From Nymphaea colorata (taxonomy: Eukaryota), in assembly GCF_008831285.2 (NCBI RefSeq), contig NC_045138.2, positions 29,078,001-29,142,000 on the forward strand: a stretch of DNA of 64,000 nt, written 5' to 3'. Below the pieces are notes generated by a model. That model did not search any database. It saw only the letters and a list, made by a program, of their open reading frames with translations, and was not told where the DNA came from. Below are positions 1 through 11,079 of this stretch, piece by piece. The stretch's first letter is position 1, and each line of letters starts with the position of its first letter. Made by a program: the position numbers and the translations under genes.

Positions 1-41
1 TATGAGCTCTAATTACCTATTTGTGGTTTTAATCTTCGCAG

Positions 42-1307
42 GCAGCGGTTGAGGAAGGAATTGTTGTGGGTGGGGGGTGCACCTTGCTAAGACTGGCCTC
101 CAAGGTGGATGCAATTAAGGATTCACTGGAGAACGATGAACAGAAGGTATAGATTTCACTGGTCTAGTTCCTTGTGCATTAGCAGTACAGGGATTAACGA
201 CTGGGGCATTAAATTCTTTTCTGCCTTGGAAAATTCCGTTGTTGTAGATGTCTTATTGGCCTCTTCTTGGCTGTTCTACAATTAACAGATCGGAGCAGAG
301 ATTGTGAGAAGGGCGCTAGGGTACCCTTTGAAGCTTATTGCGAAAAATGCTGGTGTCAATGGAAGTGTTGTTATTGAAAAGGTATGTTTATGCGTCTCTG
401 TCTGTCAGAGAGATTGTTCGGTGCAGTGTGCTTTTGAATTGGAGACACGCTGTGAGCATGGGCATGGTCAGCCTTGAAACGTAAGCATGGTCTTGGGCCT
501 GTGCTTAGGTTCTGTATATCCTTACAAGGTACTGAGCCTGTAGGAGCATATCTTGAGTTTGCATCCATGAGCTCTTCATCTTTGCAAGGATGTGGTTTGA
601 TTGCCATGGTTCCTGTCTTCATGAAAGACTAAAAACAACTTCCTGTACTACTTAATAAGAGTTGGAAGACGGTTGAGTTGCCTCATCTTGCTCATTTGTT
701 GATATGTGAGCTTCCCTGAACTACAGGCACATTCACCGGGCTCAAGTACAGTAATTTATTTTCTCCAGAGTTAGCATCTTGCTGTTGTTGAGAATTTCGT
801 TAATCTTTTTCGTTGTTCAGGTTCTGGCAAGTGACAACCCAAGGTTCGGCTATAATGCTGCTACTGGGCAGTATGAAGACTTAATGGCAGCTGGAATTAT
901 AGACCCTACCAAGGTATGGTGTGAACCATGTTTCGGTCTAAATATTGATAGAAGCAAAGATTGTATCATCCCCCATAGCACGCACCGAACTGAGGTTGAA
1001 CTGAGGTTTTGATTTTTGTAAACTGATTGGTGTTTCACCATGATTGGTTTCTCTACTGGAATCAGGTGGTTAGATGCTGCCTGGAGCACGCTGCTTCCGT
1101 GGCCAAGACCTTCCTCACATCCGATGTCGTAGTTGTCGACATCAAGGAGCCAGAGCCTGTTGCTGCTGGCAACCCGATGGACAATTCAGGTCCGGCCTCA
1201 CTATATCTAAGCCTTAATTAATTGCCTTGCTATGTATGTGGTATGTGAGTTCGTGATTATAATCACTTGGTGCATGCTACTCTTGTGATGCAGGATACGG
1301 GTACTAA
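42..1307 (+). CDS. CPN60B: Plastid chaperonin-60 beta (RuBisCO large subunit-binding protein beta), 3' part; 5' exons lie left of the window
   Basis: GT-AG exons 42-146 ([35 protein letters not shown]), 289-381 ([31 protein letters not shown]), 821-913 ([31 protein letters not shown]), 1066-1189 ([41 protein letters not shown]) and 1294-1307 (GYGY*) join in frame. GroEL motifs and the NPMDNSGYGY tail are typical of plant Cpn60 beta. Confidence 0.96.
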
Positions 1308-3073
1308 ATAGGCTGGGTACCAGGCTAGCAAAGGCGCCACTAAGGGACTTCCCTGCGGAGGAATAAGATCCATGAAAGTGTAGATGTGGGTCCATCTTTT
1401 TTATTGTACACTGGATTTGCGCAAGTGATTAGGCTGGTTATTACGATGGTGGTAGTGAGATTACAATTTTGGTTGGGTTAGCTAAGCCAGAATCCGGCGG
1501 AGGGAAAGGCATGGGAGAATTTGTTTTGTAGCTTGCTTCAGTGAATGAAAAAAATGTGAGAGTTGATGTTCTACTGGCTTCATAATTTTGTGTCCTTGAG
1601 ATTCGACGTTCTACTGGCTTCAACGTTTTATGTGTATACCCATGAATTAATTGCCCCTTCTTTCAATGTTTTTTATGTGTTTAAATAGTTATGATATTTT
1701 ACAAAAAGGAAAACTTCTGAATGAAACAAAATAACGAGCGCGGGGTTAATCTTGTTCCTGCTTAAATTGCACGTAAAAGACGCGGTTAAATGAAAGTAAA
1801 TCAAACCGATTGTCTTCCTTTTGTTATATCACCAAAAGGTTCTGTATTTTTAAAATTATAAGAGTTCTGTACGAATTCTTGTACGAAAACGTAAGGAAAC
1901 TATAAAGATTCGTACTGGGATGTGATTGTGAGTGGTTGAGTGAGAGAAATGAATATGAATGAAAAATCTAGGATGTAACAACGTGGAAAATAAATGAACT
2001 AAATTCACGAACAAATTTAGCACAGAAAGACCGTGATAAGGCCGTACCATGCAATGTATCATTGTGAGGTAGAAAGCTGGTAATGAGATACGAAATGGAA
2101 TTGTAGGTTTAGACTGGGAGCTCGATCAACTCTTAAAGCCTAATAAACACTTACGCATAAGGCTGTGGACAAAAGGCATTTGAATTTTAATGTCAGAAGC
2201 TATTCTAATCAAACATGACTAAGTTTGGGGCAATCTGCAAGATTTGACGGAAAAAGGGCCTCCAGGTCCTACCCTCTTCATGTAAACAGAAGATGTTTTT
2301 ACCTTAATTTTGACATTTTTGTGATTACCAGATTGTGAAACTGAAACAAAATCCTATATACCCAGCATAAAAGCTGCGAATAGGAGGATAAATTTGATTA
2401 AAACAGCTTAAAATATTTTAAATGTATTAAATAAAAGGTTCGTAACGAACTTTACGCGGCTATGTCAATTGATAAATTAGCTTATTTATATTTACTATTA
2501 TATAGGGTCTAGAAATGCTGAGCCATGAGCTACTTTTTAAGAATATGAGAATGAAGATTATACTCCTCTAACCAATTTATTAAATTACTCACGGAAGTGA
2601 CTTTCAATGACTAAAAACTCTAACAATCTCGTAACATACCAACAACTTCTACAAGTGGCGAAATTTGAGATTTTGTTTTCCATGGCTTCTATCGATTTTG
2701 ATTTGAATCACAATCCACATTTTTTTGTAGTTAGACAATTGAGATCCGACAGCTCCTATTTCCCATTTTAAGAATAATTTTAAGAATACAAGCCCAATTG
2801 GAACCAGAATATTTTATAGTAGAAGTGGCTAAAACTACAAAATTTCTGCTTTTTTGCTGTTCTTTCACCGGTTAATAAACCCAGAGACACCGTCTAAACC
2901 CCGTTACAATGAAAGTAACGCCATTTTTCCAGTTACCAAATACCAATGAACCGTCTTGTTGTCGACTGTCTTCCCCTTACAGCCTCCGCTCTGTAGACTA
3001 GCCAAAAAACACCCATGCTCGCACGCCTTACAAATAGAAACTGTAAAATCACGTTCCAGTAGTCCACGGAGTA

Positions 3074-6000
3074 ATGGCTGCCTTTTCTTCTTTTTCGATC
3101 AGGGCGTTCCTTTCTGCACTCAGGAAATACCATTTGAGGATTTGCGTTACCAATCCTAACTCCATTGCTCTTCGCTGTAAGCTCTCACTTCCCCCATGCC
3201 TTTGCAACACTGTTTGGAGTATTTGTTGGCAATAAGAGACTGAAATGAATGTTGTTGATTGTGTTTTTAGGTGTTGGGTACTTGGAGAGAACTTCCGTTT
3301 CTTCATTTGCGTCCAAAGTTAGCGAGACCAATTATGCTGGTGTAGCTTCAATCATCGGGACTCGAAGGATTTGGACCTGCCCACCAGTTTATATGGGCAG
3401 GCGCTCCAGCAAAATCGCAACTAGAAAGGTACCACGTTCTTGTGCAAATTTAGTTCAACGGGAAAAAGGCTTTTGTTCTGTTTTTGTTTTTCAATTTTTT
3501 TTTTGAAAAAAATTTTAGACTATGTAGAATATTCAATTTTTTGGTTGTTCATCATTTCCTTTTTGTATTGCAATATGAATTAGTCTACTTATAGCGTTAT
3601 TTCCTTGAAAAATATGTAGTAGTCTTCATTAGCACTTCAGGGCTGTCACTAAGGTTATTCTACAAGTGAGTGTCTTACGTCGTTCTTGCCAGTAATTCTG
3701 TTGGTTTCATTTCAAAGTGGCATTAATGCCTTATAATTTGAGTGCCTGACGGGTTTTAAGGGAGCAAATGAAGTTTGAATGAATAAATATACGAGAGTTT
3801 GGGACTCTGGAACATAGTACCACTGGATTAAGTTGATGAACTACTCAGCACATTGGGACTCTTTAGTAGCTTTGTGGATTGTCACTGGAATAACAAGCAG
3901 TGATGGCGCCAGTTTTTAATCTGTAATGAAGTGAAAGGCAAAATCCACATATAGAATTGTTGATGTTAAAGCTCATAGAAGCTTGCATTTGATCGAAGGG
4001 AGAAGCAGATCTATTAAAAGAGGATTGTTATACCCAATGTAGCTTCTCCAACTCCTTGACCAAGCTGAGTGGCCAGCTGTGTTGCGATATAATCCCCTGG
4101 TTAGTGATTTTTGAAATTTTTATCACATCTCTAATAAGTTAGCCTACTGAATTTTTTGAAACCAAGATATTAGTCCTTAACTAGGCCTCCATTCAGATAA
4201 TATATGGAGCGTAGAAAAGGTGAGCAATTTCTACCTGTGGCTCTTACTTTTCAGCAGTCTTCTTGCGAGTGTTGTTGTTGGTCAATGCATTCCATACTAT
4301 TTAATATTATTTAGATAATAAAAAAATGCTCATGTTGCATGGCTTGGTTCTGGCCAGACACACGGACAGAGCAGTTGATGCTTATATGGTCCCACCTTGA
4401 TCCTAGGAAGAGCTTGCATTGGGAGGCTGAGACAAAGACTAATGTCTCAAGGTTTCTGCACAAAGTTGGGCATCTTCTACCTGAAAAGGTTTCTGCACAA
4501 ACTTGGGCATCTTCTACCTGAAAAGGTTTCTGCACAACGTTGGGCATCTTCTACCTGAATCAACAAGTGGAAAGTGTATTTGAGGCAGAAACCCTTAAAA
4601 ACTGTTCAAACTGGCGGCACTGCCTCACTATGTATTATTTGGAGTTTCAGTACTAGACCCCAAATACTGAATTATACTGAGGGCACCTGCCTTTTCATTC
4701 ATTGTGGTCCAAATACAGCTGATATTTTAATTTTATTTTCAATGACCATTTGTTTGAGTTATTTGCTTTGTCATTAGGCTGCTACTAGTTTTTCCAAATC
4801 CTGTAAATAATGTGATATTTCCTTTTTTTTTTCTCCGAAAAGCTTGCTTGGAAATATTGAATATTTTCTTGGGACTTGTGCAAACTTTTTCAATTGTGTT
4901 GGCACAACAACAGGAGGGACATACTCTGTCAAATCGTTGTCCTTTCCCCTTTATCATGTTGCTGTCATGTGCATCATGAAGAATCATCTTCATCTTCTGG
5001 TTATGTAAATTCTTTTAGAAGACTGTGCCTTTAGTGATTGTTCATTTATTGGAAAGGTAGTGAGCAATTAAGCTGCTTGAAGTTGATATATCTCATAGGC
5101 TATCATACTAGTGATGGTATTGAATGTAGACTTCATGCAAATGCTTATATAGTTACTTGAAATTAAGCACTTGATGTCTGACCAGTTTGGCCTTGCGTTC
5201 TTCATAGGCTTTTTGGCTTCTTGTTAATGCTTTTCTATATTAATGCATAGGAAAAATGCATTAAGCATTTCATCTGAAGTCTTGTGCTGGATGCAGGGAG
5301 CACAAGATGCAAAGAAGGCAAAGCGATATGGGAAAATTGGGAAGGAGATAGTATCTGCGTCAGTATAAGCATATGATTAATTATTCATTTGTTTTGCTTT
5401 TCAGATTTACCATAATAGCTGTTTTTCATCTTTATAGAAGTAAAGTTATTGTTTCATCAATTAAATTCAAAACATCCAATTTTTGTTGCTAAAATATACG
5501 CTCTATATGTAGCTCCTATGTTTTATAATTATATTGTTCTTGTTTAACTTATTGACTTGAGGAAAATATTTTTTGTGAAATTTTCCAGCGATATTTGCCT
5601 TTCTTCTGGTTATCTTTCATTAGTTGTTGCTTTGTTGTCTTACTTGTCACATTGTTATCAAGATGATTGAAACACCTCTAATTGGGATAAATTTCCTCAT
5701 GCATAAATTCAGTGTGAGCAAAGGTGGGCCCAATCCAGTTTCAAATTCAGTTCTTGCTGCTGTCTTGGAAAAAGCTAGAGAGCTTGATGTCCCTAAGGAA
5801 ATAGTGGAAAGAAACATTAAGAGAGCTTCTGAAAAGGGCCAAGAGGCTTATATCGAGAAGATTTATGAGGTACAAACTGAACATGTACCTTAACAATTTC
5901 CTGCCAACATATGTTACTTGCTTGCATTGTGCTATGGCAGTTCCATGATTTTTTGTTTGTTCAAGTGATATGATGGACCTTCACTAAATTCATTCATATT

Positions 6001-9000
6001 CAGGTGTATGGTTTTGGTGGTGTTAGTATGGTGGTTGAAGTCTTAACAGATAAGGTAAACCGATCTGTGGCAGCTGTTAGAGAGGTTGTGAAGGACTGTG
6101 GTGGAAAGATGGCAGATCCAGGATCAGTTATGTTCAAGTTTAAGCGTGCAAGAGTTGTTACTATAAAGCCCACTGATGTTGACAAGGATCAACTTCTGGC
6201 CATTGCCTTAGATGCAGGGGCAGAGGATGTGATGGAACCCCCAGCCTATGTGGATGCCGCTGATGACGACCAGTCAGAAAAGTAAGTTTGTTATCCATAG
6301 AAACTTTTGCTGTAAATTGAGAGCTGTAATAAATTTCGAGGCAAGTGCTAAGGTACTTCAGGTTTGGAGGATATCTTTTCTGCTTTCCTGAGTTGATTTT
6401 ATGGCAGCTTGGTCCTTAAAAGTGAAGGCGTTTTTCTTTAACGGATCTTGGTCAAGTTGTCAACTATGTCAACTAAAGGATGCATTCAAGTACTTGTTTG
6501 TGCACTGTCATGATTTCTTGTGCATAATGACCTTCATAAGAACATGGGAATTGACCAGTTGCTGTCTGTTGTGGTGGTACCAAATGATTTCACTTTGAGA
6601 ACTATTATGGAAGAGGGAGAATAGAAGTACATGAAAATTGCTGGTGATTAATGCACCTTAAACACGTTTTAATACTGCCTCTGCACATATTTATATCATG
6701 TTTTTCATGCATGTTTGCAATTACTAGAATACAAAAATTGCCATGAATCTTTTTTTCAATACAAGTGTTAGCATGCGAAGGATCATGTTGTGCTCAGGAG
6801 AATGACATGTAGTTGTAATGATTGATTTGGAGCTCATTTTAGTTTTTGATTCCTTTACATCCACATTGTCTTGTACAGTTGCAATGAATTCACAAGTTTT
6901 ATGCTCAACTCAGGTGGGAATATCTTGGGAAAATTTGCTCCTTATAGGCTAGATATGCTCAATGGTCTGAAAAGCTTAGAGGTGAGATAAAATATAAAAC
7001 CACCAGGAACTGAGGCATAATTAAGCAACATGGAAAATGACTGCACATTAGAAATTTGTGTAGATATGAGAGAGGAAAAACCTTCACATGATAAGTAACA
7101 ATACACAACCTAAATCAGCTCGTCTTACATTTACAGAGCATGATATTTTCAAAAGTATTGAACCATAGAGAATTTCCTTGAATGCAAAACCTTACTCCTT
7201 TTCATCTTTGGAATCTTCTTTCTTAAGAAGCCTAAGCGATTATGATCTGTCATCTTATGTTTCTTGGTTATAACTGTAACAGCTTTCTTGCTTGTAAAGG
7301 TCTGTCAGTTTTAATTTATTTGTGCCATCACAAGACTTGGTTTATGAAACAGTGACTTAAAAAGAGGAACAAGTCTAATAGGACCATATTGCCTCAAGCA
7401 GGGTCTTGGATGGAGTCCCTTTGTCATGCTTTTCAGATCTGGAAACTTGACGTGAGATCATTTATTCTTTTCACCAGAATAAATTTCTGTATTGTGAATG
7501 TAAAGTTCCCTTGTCTGGGATAATGTAGATACAAATCAAAATTTTCAGATTTGATGATTTCTCCTTGCAAGCTCTTTTTTATTTTTTTTTGCAATTTTAA
7601 ATTCCACTTTTAAGCTTAATCTTGCCTGCTTGTGCATGCATTGAAAAATCAAAATCAGCTTCCCATCACATCAATCCTTTGGAGAGTAATTGTTTATGGT
7701 GCAAACAGGTCTCCTACTTATTTCTTTTTCAAGTTGAAGATGATCCAGAGCAATATTGAACATGCTCTTGTTCTGAAAGGATGGCAATGAAATTGATTCC
7801 ACCTGTTAAACTCAGCCAGCAGGTCCTGCAGTAGATGCTTAGGCCACTAATGTTATTAGTTAGGATTAGTGGCTGTTTGAAAACTGTAACGTTATGTTAC
7901 TGTCCTATGCATCTAACCCAAAAATAGGTTAGATTCATTGGACACTTTAAAAAGTGGTCTATGAATCTACCCCATTTTCTGGGACAGATATATGGAACAG
8001 TAACACAGTAGCAGAATCTACCCCATTTTTCTGGACAGATATGTGGAACAGTAACACACTGTTACTGTTCCCAAACAGCCCCTTAAGTACTTGCAAGTGG
8101 CATACAGATGAGGGTGAAAAGATGGTGAATCTGATTTTCTTTTCATCTGATCTTGAAAGATCTGGGGTTTAACCCCCCAGTGTTGAAATTATACAGTGAT
8201 GAAACACACAACTTTGTCTCTGTACGGTGCATGGCCTTTTGTGTTCCAGGGCTTCATGCAGACCGCCTGAAGCTAGTGCCTCATCTTGAGGTGCATGATT
8301 CAGGACTTTGACTCAATGCTCTTACTTTCGTTGTCTGTGCGTCATCTGGTGCATTGTAATATAATATAATTATTCAATATTCATAGATACTGACCAAATG
8401 CCGACCAAAATTTCCTGGCCAACACACAGCTGGGCAGCAGCTACTTTGATGGAGCTGGCAACTTCCAGCAGGTGGACATGTCTACCTTGCATTACTTATG
8501 GTATTCTAGCAAGAGGATTAAACTCGTGCACTTCTTCATATTTGAAGGCAGCCTTCACATCTGCCAAACTTTCTGTATAATGGATTCAGGAGTCCAATCG
8601 TGTTGGTAATATTACTTCTCTAATAGACATAAACATAGTTCCAATGCGGCCCTAGAGCTTGTTTCTTTTTCATTGTTTTGGCAATGCCAGGAATGGAACA
8701 CTCAGGTCTGGCGTACCCAAGAACAGAATGAACATTGTGTGCCAGGATGGTCCACATTTGCATCACCCTTAATGGACATTATTTGTATAACATGGTGGAT
8801 CCATTCTTGGGAATAAGATGTTCCATGGGAATGCTGCATTGCCGAACCTCGTGTGCCAGTGAGGCCCATGGCAGAGCACTTCACAGGCACCTGTTCTCCT
8901 TGATGGAACGGGATTGCAGGAACATCTTATGTTCTTCAATCCTGACAACAACTGGAAAATTGTGGTTATTTTTTGGGCTTATTTCTGTAGATATCTTAAA

Positions 9001-9808
9001 AGGAAATTGTATCAGCAGCATGAATCAGGTGATGTGTCCAACTCCAATATGTCAAATACAAAAATTTGCTTTCAGTTGGCCTCTCTCTCTCTCTCTTTCT
9101 CCTGTCTCCTTTTTGTCTTAAAGTAAATGTTTTTATATTTTTATTACCATTTCCAGGACTAATTTTTAGTCTTTCTGTAGCTGTTACAAGATCGTTAGTT
9201 CAGCAGAAAATTACTCAGAAATATTGGAGAAATTGAGAGATCAGGGAATAAGTTTTGAACCAGATGGGGGATCTGAGCTTTTACCACTATCTACAATTGA
9301 GGTAATATGTTTGCTGCCATGTTACTCTATTGCAATGCTCAGATCAGTAGTTTTTGTCATTTCAGAGCTTTTGAATTTCCTTCGAAGAATTTTCAAAATT
9401 TTTGACTGCCAAACCAAGTTGGAACGTTGCAATCCACAGTCAGCAATTAACTTAAAGCCAATTAGTCAAGTTCTTTATCTTAGATCTAGAACTATATTTG
9501 TAATTTTTCCTTCCCTAAATGGTCAATGTTTCCCTCCCTAAATGGTTAAACTTTTGTCTGGTTGACTAGTGATACTAGGGCAGAACGAAGTTAGAGAGGA
9601 TTGGCTTATAAAGTATCATGCGTATCCTCTCCATTTTTAGTGATCAAATGCTTGATGTTGACCTTGGGTGGAAGTTCGAAAATCAGTGACTTAACAACCT
9701 CGATTATGGGTGCAGGTTGATGATGAAGCCATGGAATTGAACAAGGAGCTTATGTCCAAATTACTTGAACTAGATGATGTTGATGCTGTTTATTCTGACC
9801 AGAAATGA
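3074..9808 (+). CDS. YebC/PmpR/TACO1-family protein (At2g25830-like) with probable organellar transit peptide, 323 aa
   Basis: Exons 3074-3176, 3271-3428, 5297-5358, 5713-5869, 6004-6281, 9181-9301 and 9716-9808 total 972 nt, all GT-AG and in frame. Family motifs: MGRRSSKIATRKGAQDAKKAK, GGPNPVSN, YEVYGFGGVSMVVEVLTDKVNRS, GSVMFKF, LLELDDVDAVYSDQK*. The Ser/Arg-rich N-terminus suggests a transit peptide. The start ATG is inferred. Confidence 0.93.
4449..4559. repeat. 37-bp tandem repeat, 3 copies, in YebC intron 2
   Basis: Unit AAGGTTTCTGCACAA(AG/AC/CG)TTGGGCATCTTCTACCTGAA at 4449, 4486 and 4523, head to tail. Confidence 0.9.
7869..8082. mobile_element. Tourist/PIF-Harbinger-like MITE in YebC intron 5
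   Basis: TIRs GTGGCTGTTTG ... CAAACAGCCCC with TTA on both sides. Contains an internal ~50-bp duplication (GAATCTACCCCATTTT...GGAACAGTAACACA). Confidence 0.75.
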
Positions 9809-10479
9809 TAGATGCCAAACGTGCTCTGAAGCTTACAGAATTGGATGCCCTTCCATCAGCATTCTACTTCCTGATTCAGGAAAGGTTTTTTAGTTATGTT
9901 GAAGAGCAATGCCACTCTTATCAAGAAAGGCAACTTGGGGTAGAAAAACCTGAGGTGAATGAGTTTGCAATAATATAGGAACCGGTGCTAAGTAGTAGAG
10001 AAATATCATTCTCTCGATGCCCAGATCCTGTAGGGTCCAATTTGTATTTTTATGGCAGCTGCGTCAAATTAATTGACTTCTGATTGAAGTTTTAAATTCA
10101 TTCAATGCCATTTAACTCTTTGTTTTCAAGTGACATAAGGTAGTAAATTTGATACGTATGGTGTTCAGTTTTTTTCCTGGAAGATAATTTATCCTTGACA
10201 TTTCTACTACTGGCATCACTCTGTACGAGTTTCTGCTGAAAGCTTCAAGGTCAACTTGGTTTATAAAAGCTAGCAATAGTTGATGCTAAATAGTTATATG
10301 GTGCTTGAGATACAAGGGAACACAAATGAGGGATTGGATGCTTGCTCCAAATCATCTTATATTGAAGTATAACTGCTTAAGTGATTACTTTATAGTTTAT
10401 ATACACAAGCTCTTGTGCATCTGGCAGCTGAAAGGATATTGCTTACATTTCTCACTCTTGTAGTTATCTGCTACCCATT

Positions 10480-10870
10480 ACAGAGCTGTAATGTTCATAT
10501 GGTGATCCGAAGTGATCTGATCGGCTGTTGAGAATCTCTTTAGTCATGGGTAGTGAATGACTGGATGCAGATTTCTTCTTCATGCTTTTGAAATCTAACA
10601 TCTGTGGAGGCCATAAGGGAGACCATTTGGAGACCTTGGCCCACTATCTCTTGGAAGGTGGTGCCATCAAGTGACAGTGCATGTCCACCACCAGCTTCAT
10701 TACTAACCATTGAAATGACTACTGCAATATTCATTCACGCAAGTTCTCATGTGGAGGGGCTTGTGCTTTATACTGTCCTCTCTATTTCTTAAAAATCTTC
10801 ACCATTCCACGGTTTATTGTTACTATCTGAGGCAAATATAATGACAATCATATAACATGTTTAATTGGTT
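10480..10870 (-). pseudogene. Degenerate tandem duplicate of CCD8 last exon with flanking intron and 3' UTR
   Basis: Aligns by eye to ~10990-11360. It reads VVISMVSNEAGGGHALSLDGTTFQEIV versus GVVISMVSAGDGGGYALLLDGTTFQEIA. It then has a 1-nt deletion and TGG->TAG in the original frame. The acceptor AG at 10723-10722 is kept. Confidence 0.88.
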
Positions 10871-11079
10871 GAGACATAACATCTGGCCGACTGTAGTAGA
10901 AACATGCATTGGTTCTAGAGGAACTCTGATTTGTGGAAACGTGCATTAGTAGAAACTTTATTTATTCACCTATCAACATACGATACGGGGTACACAGCTA
11001 TAATTTTCAGATGACACCCAAGTGATATAGTTGGCCATGATAAAGCTCTTCAGGCACGGTTGGTGGATGCAGGTTCTCT

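Noticed and set aside
2909..3062. Short upstream ORFs (ATG 2909, 2946, 3015) before YebC
   Set aside because: The transcription start is unknown and they may lie upstream of it; no recognisable conserved peptide.
4449..4559. CRISPR-like array (37-bp repeats)
   Set aside because: Repeats are head to tail with no spacers, inside a plant intron, with no cas genes.
8197..8270. Intronic C/D box snoRNA (GTGATGA ... CTGA)
   Set aside because: No terminal stem and no rRNA-complementary guide I can recognise; boxes this short occur by chance.
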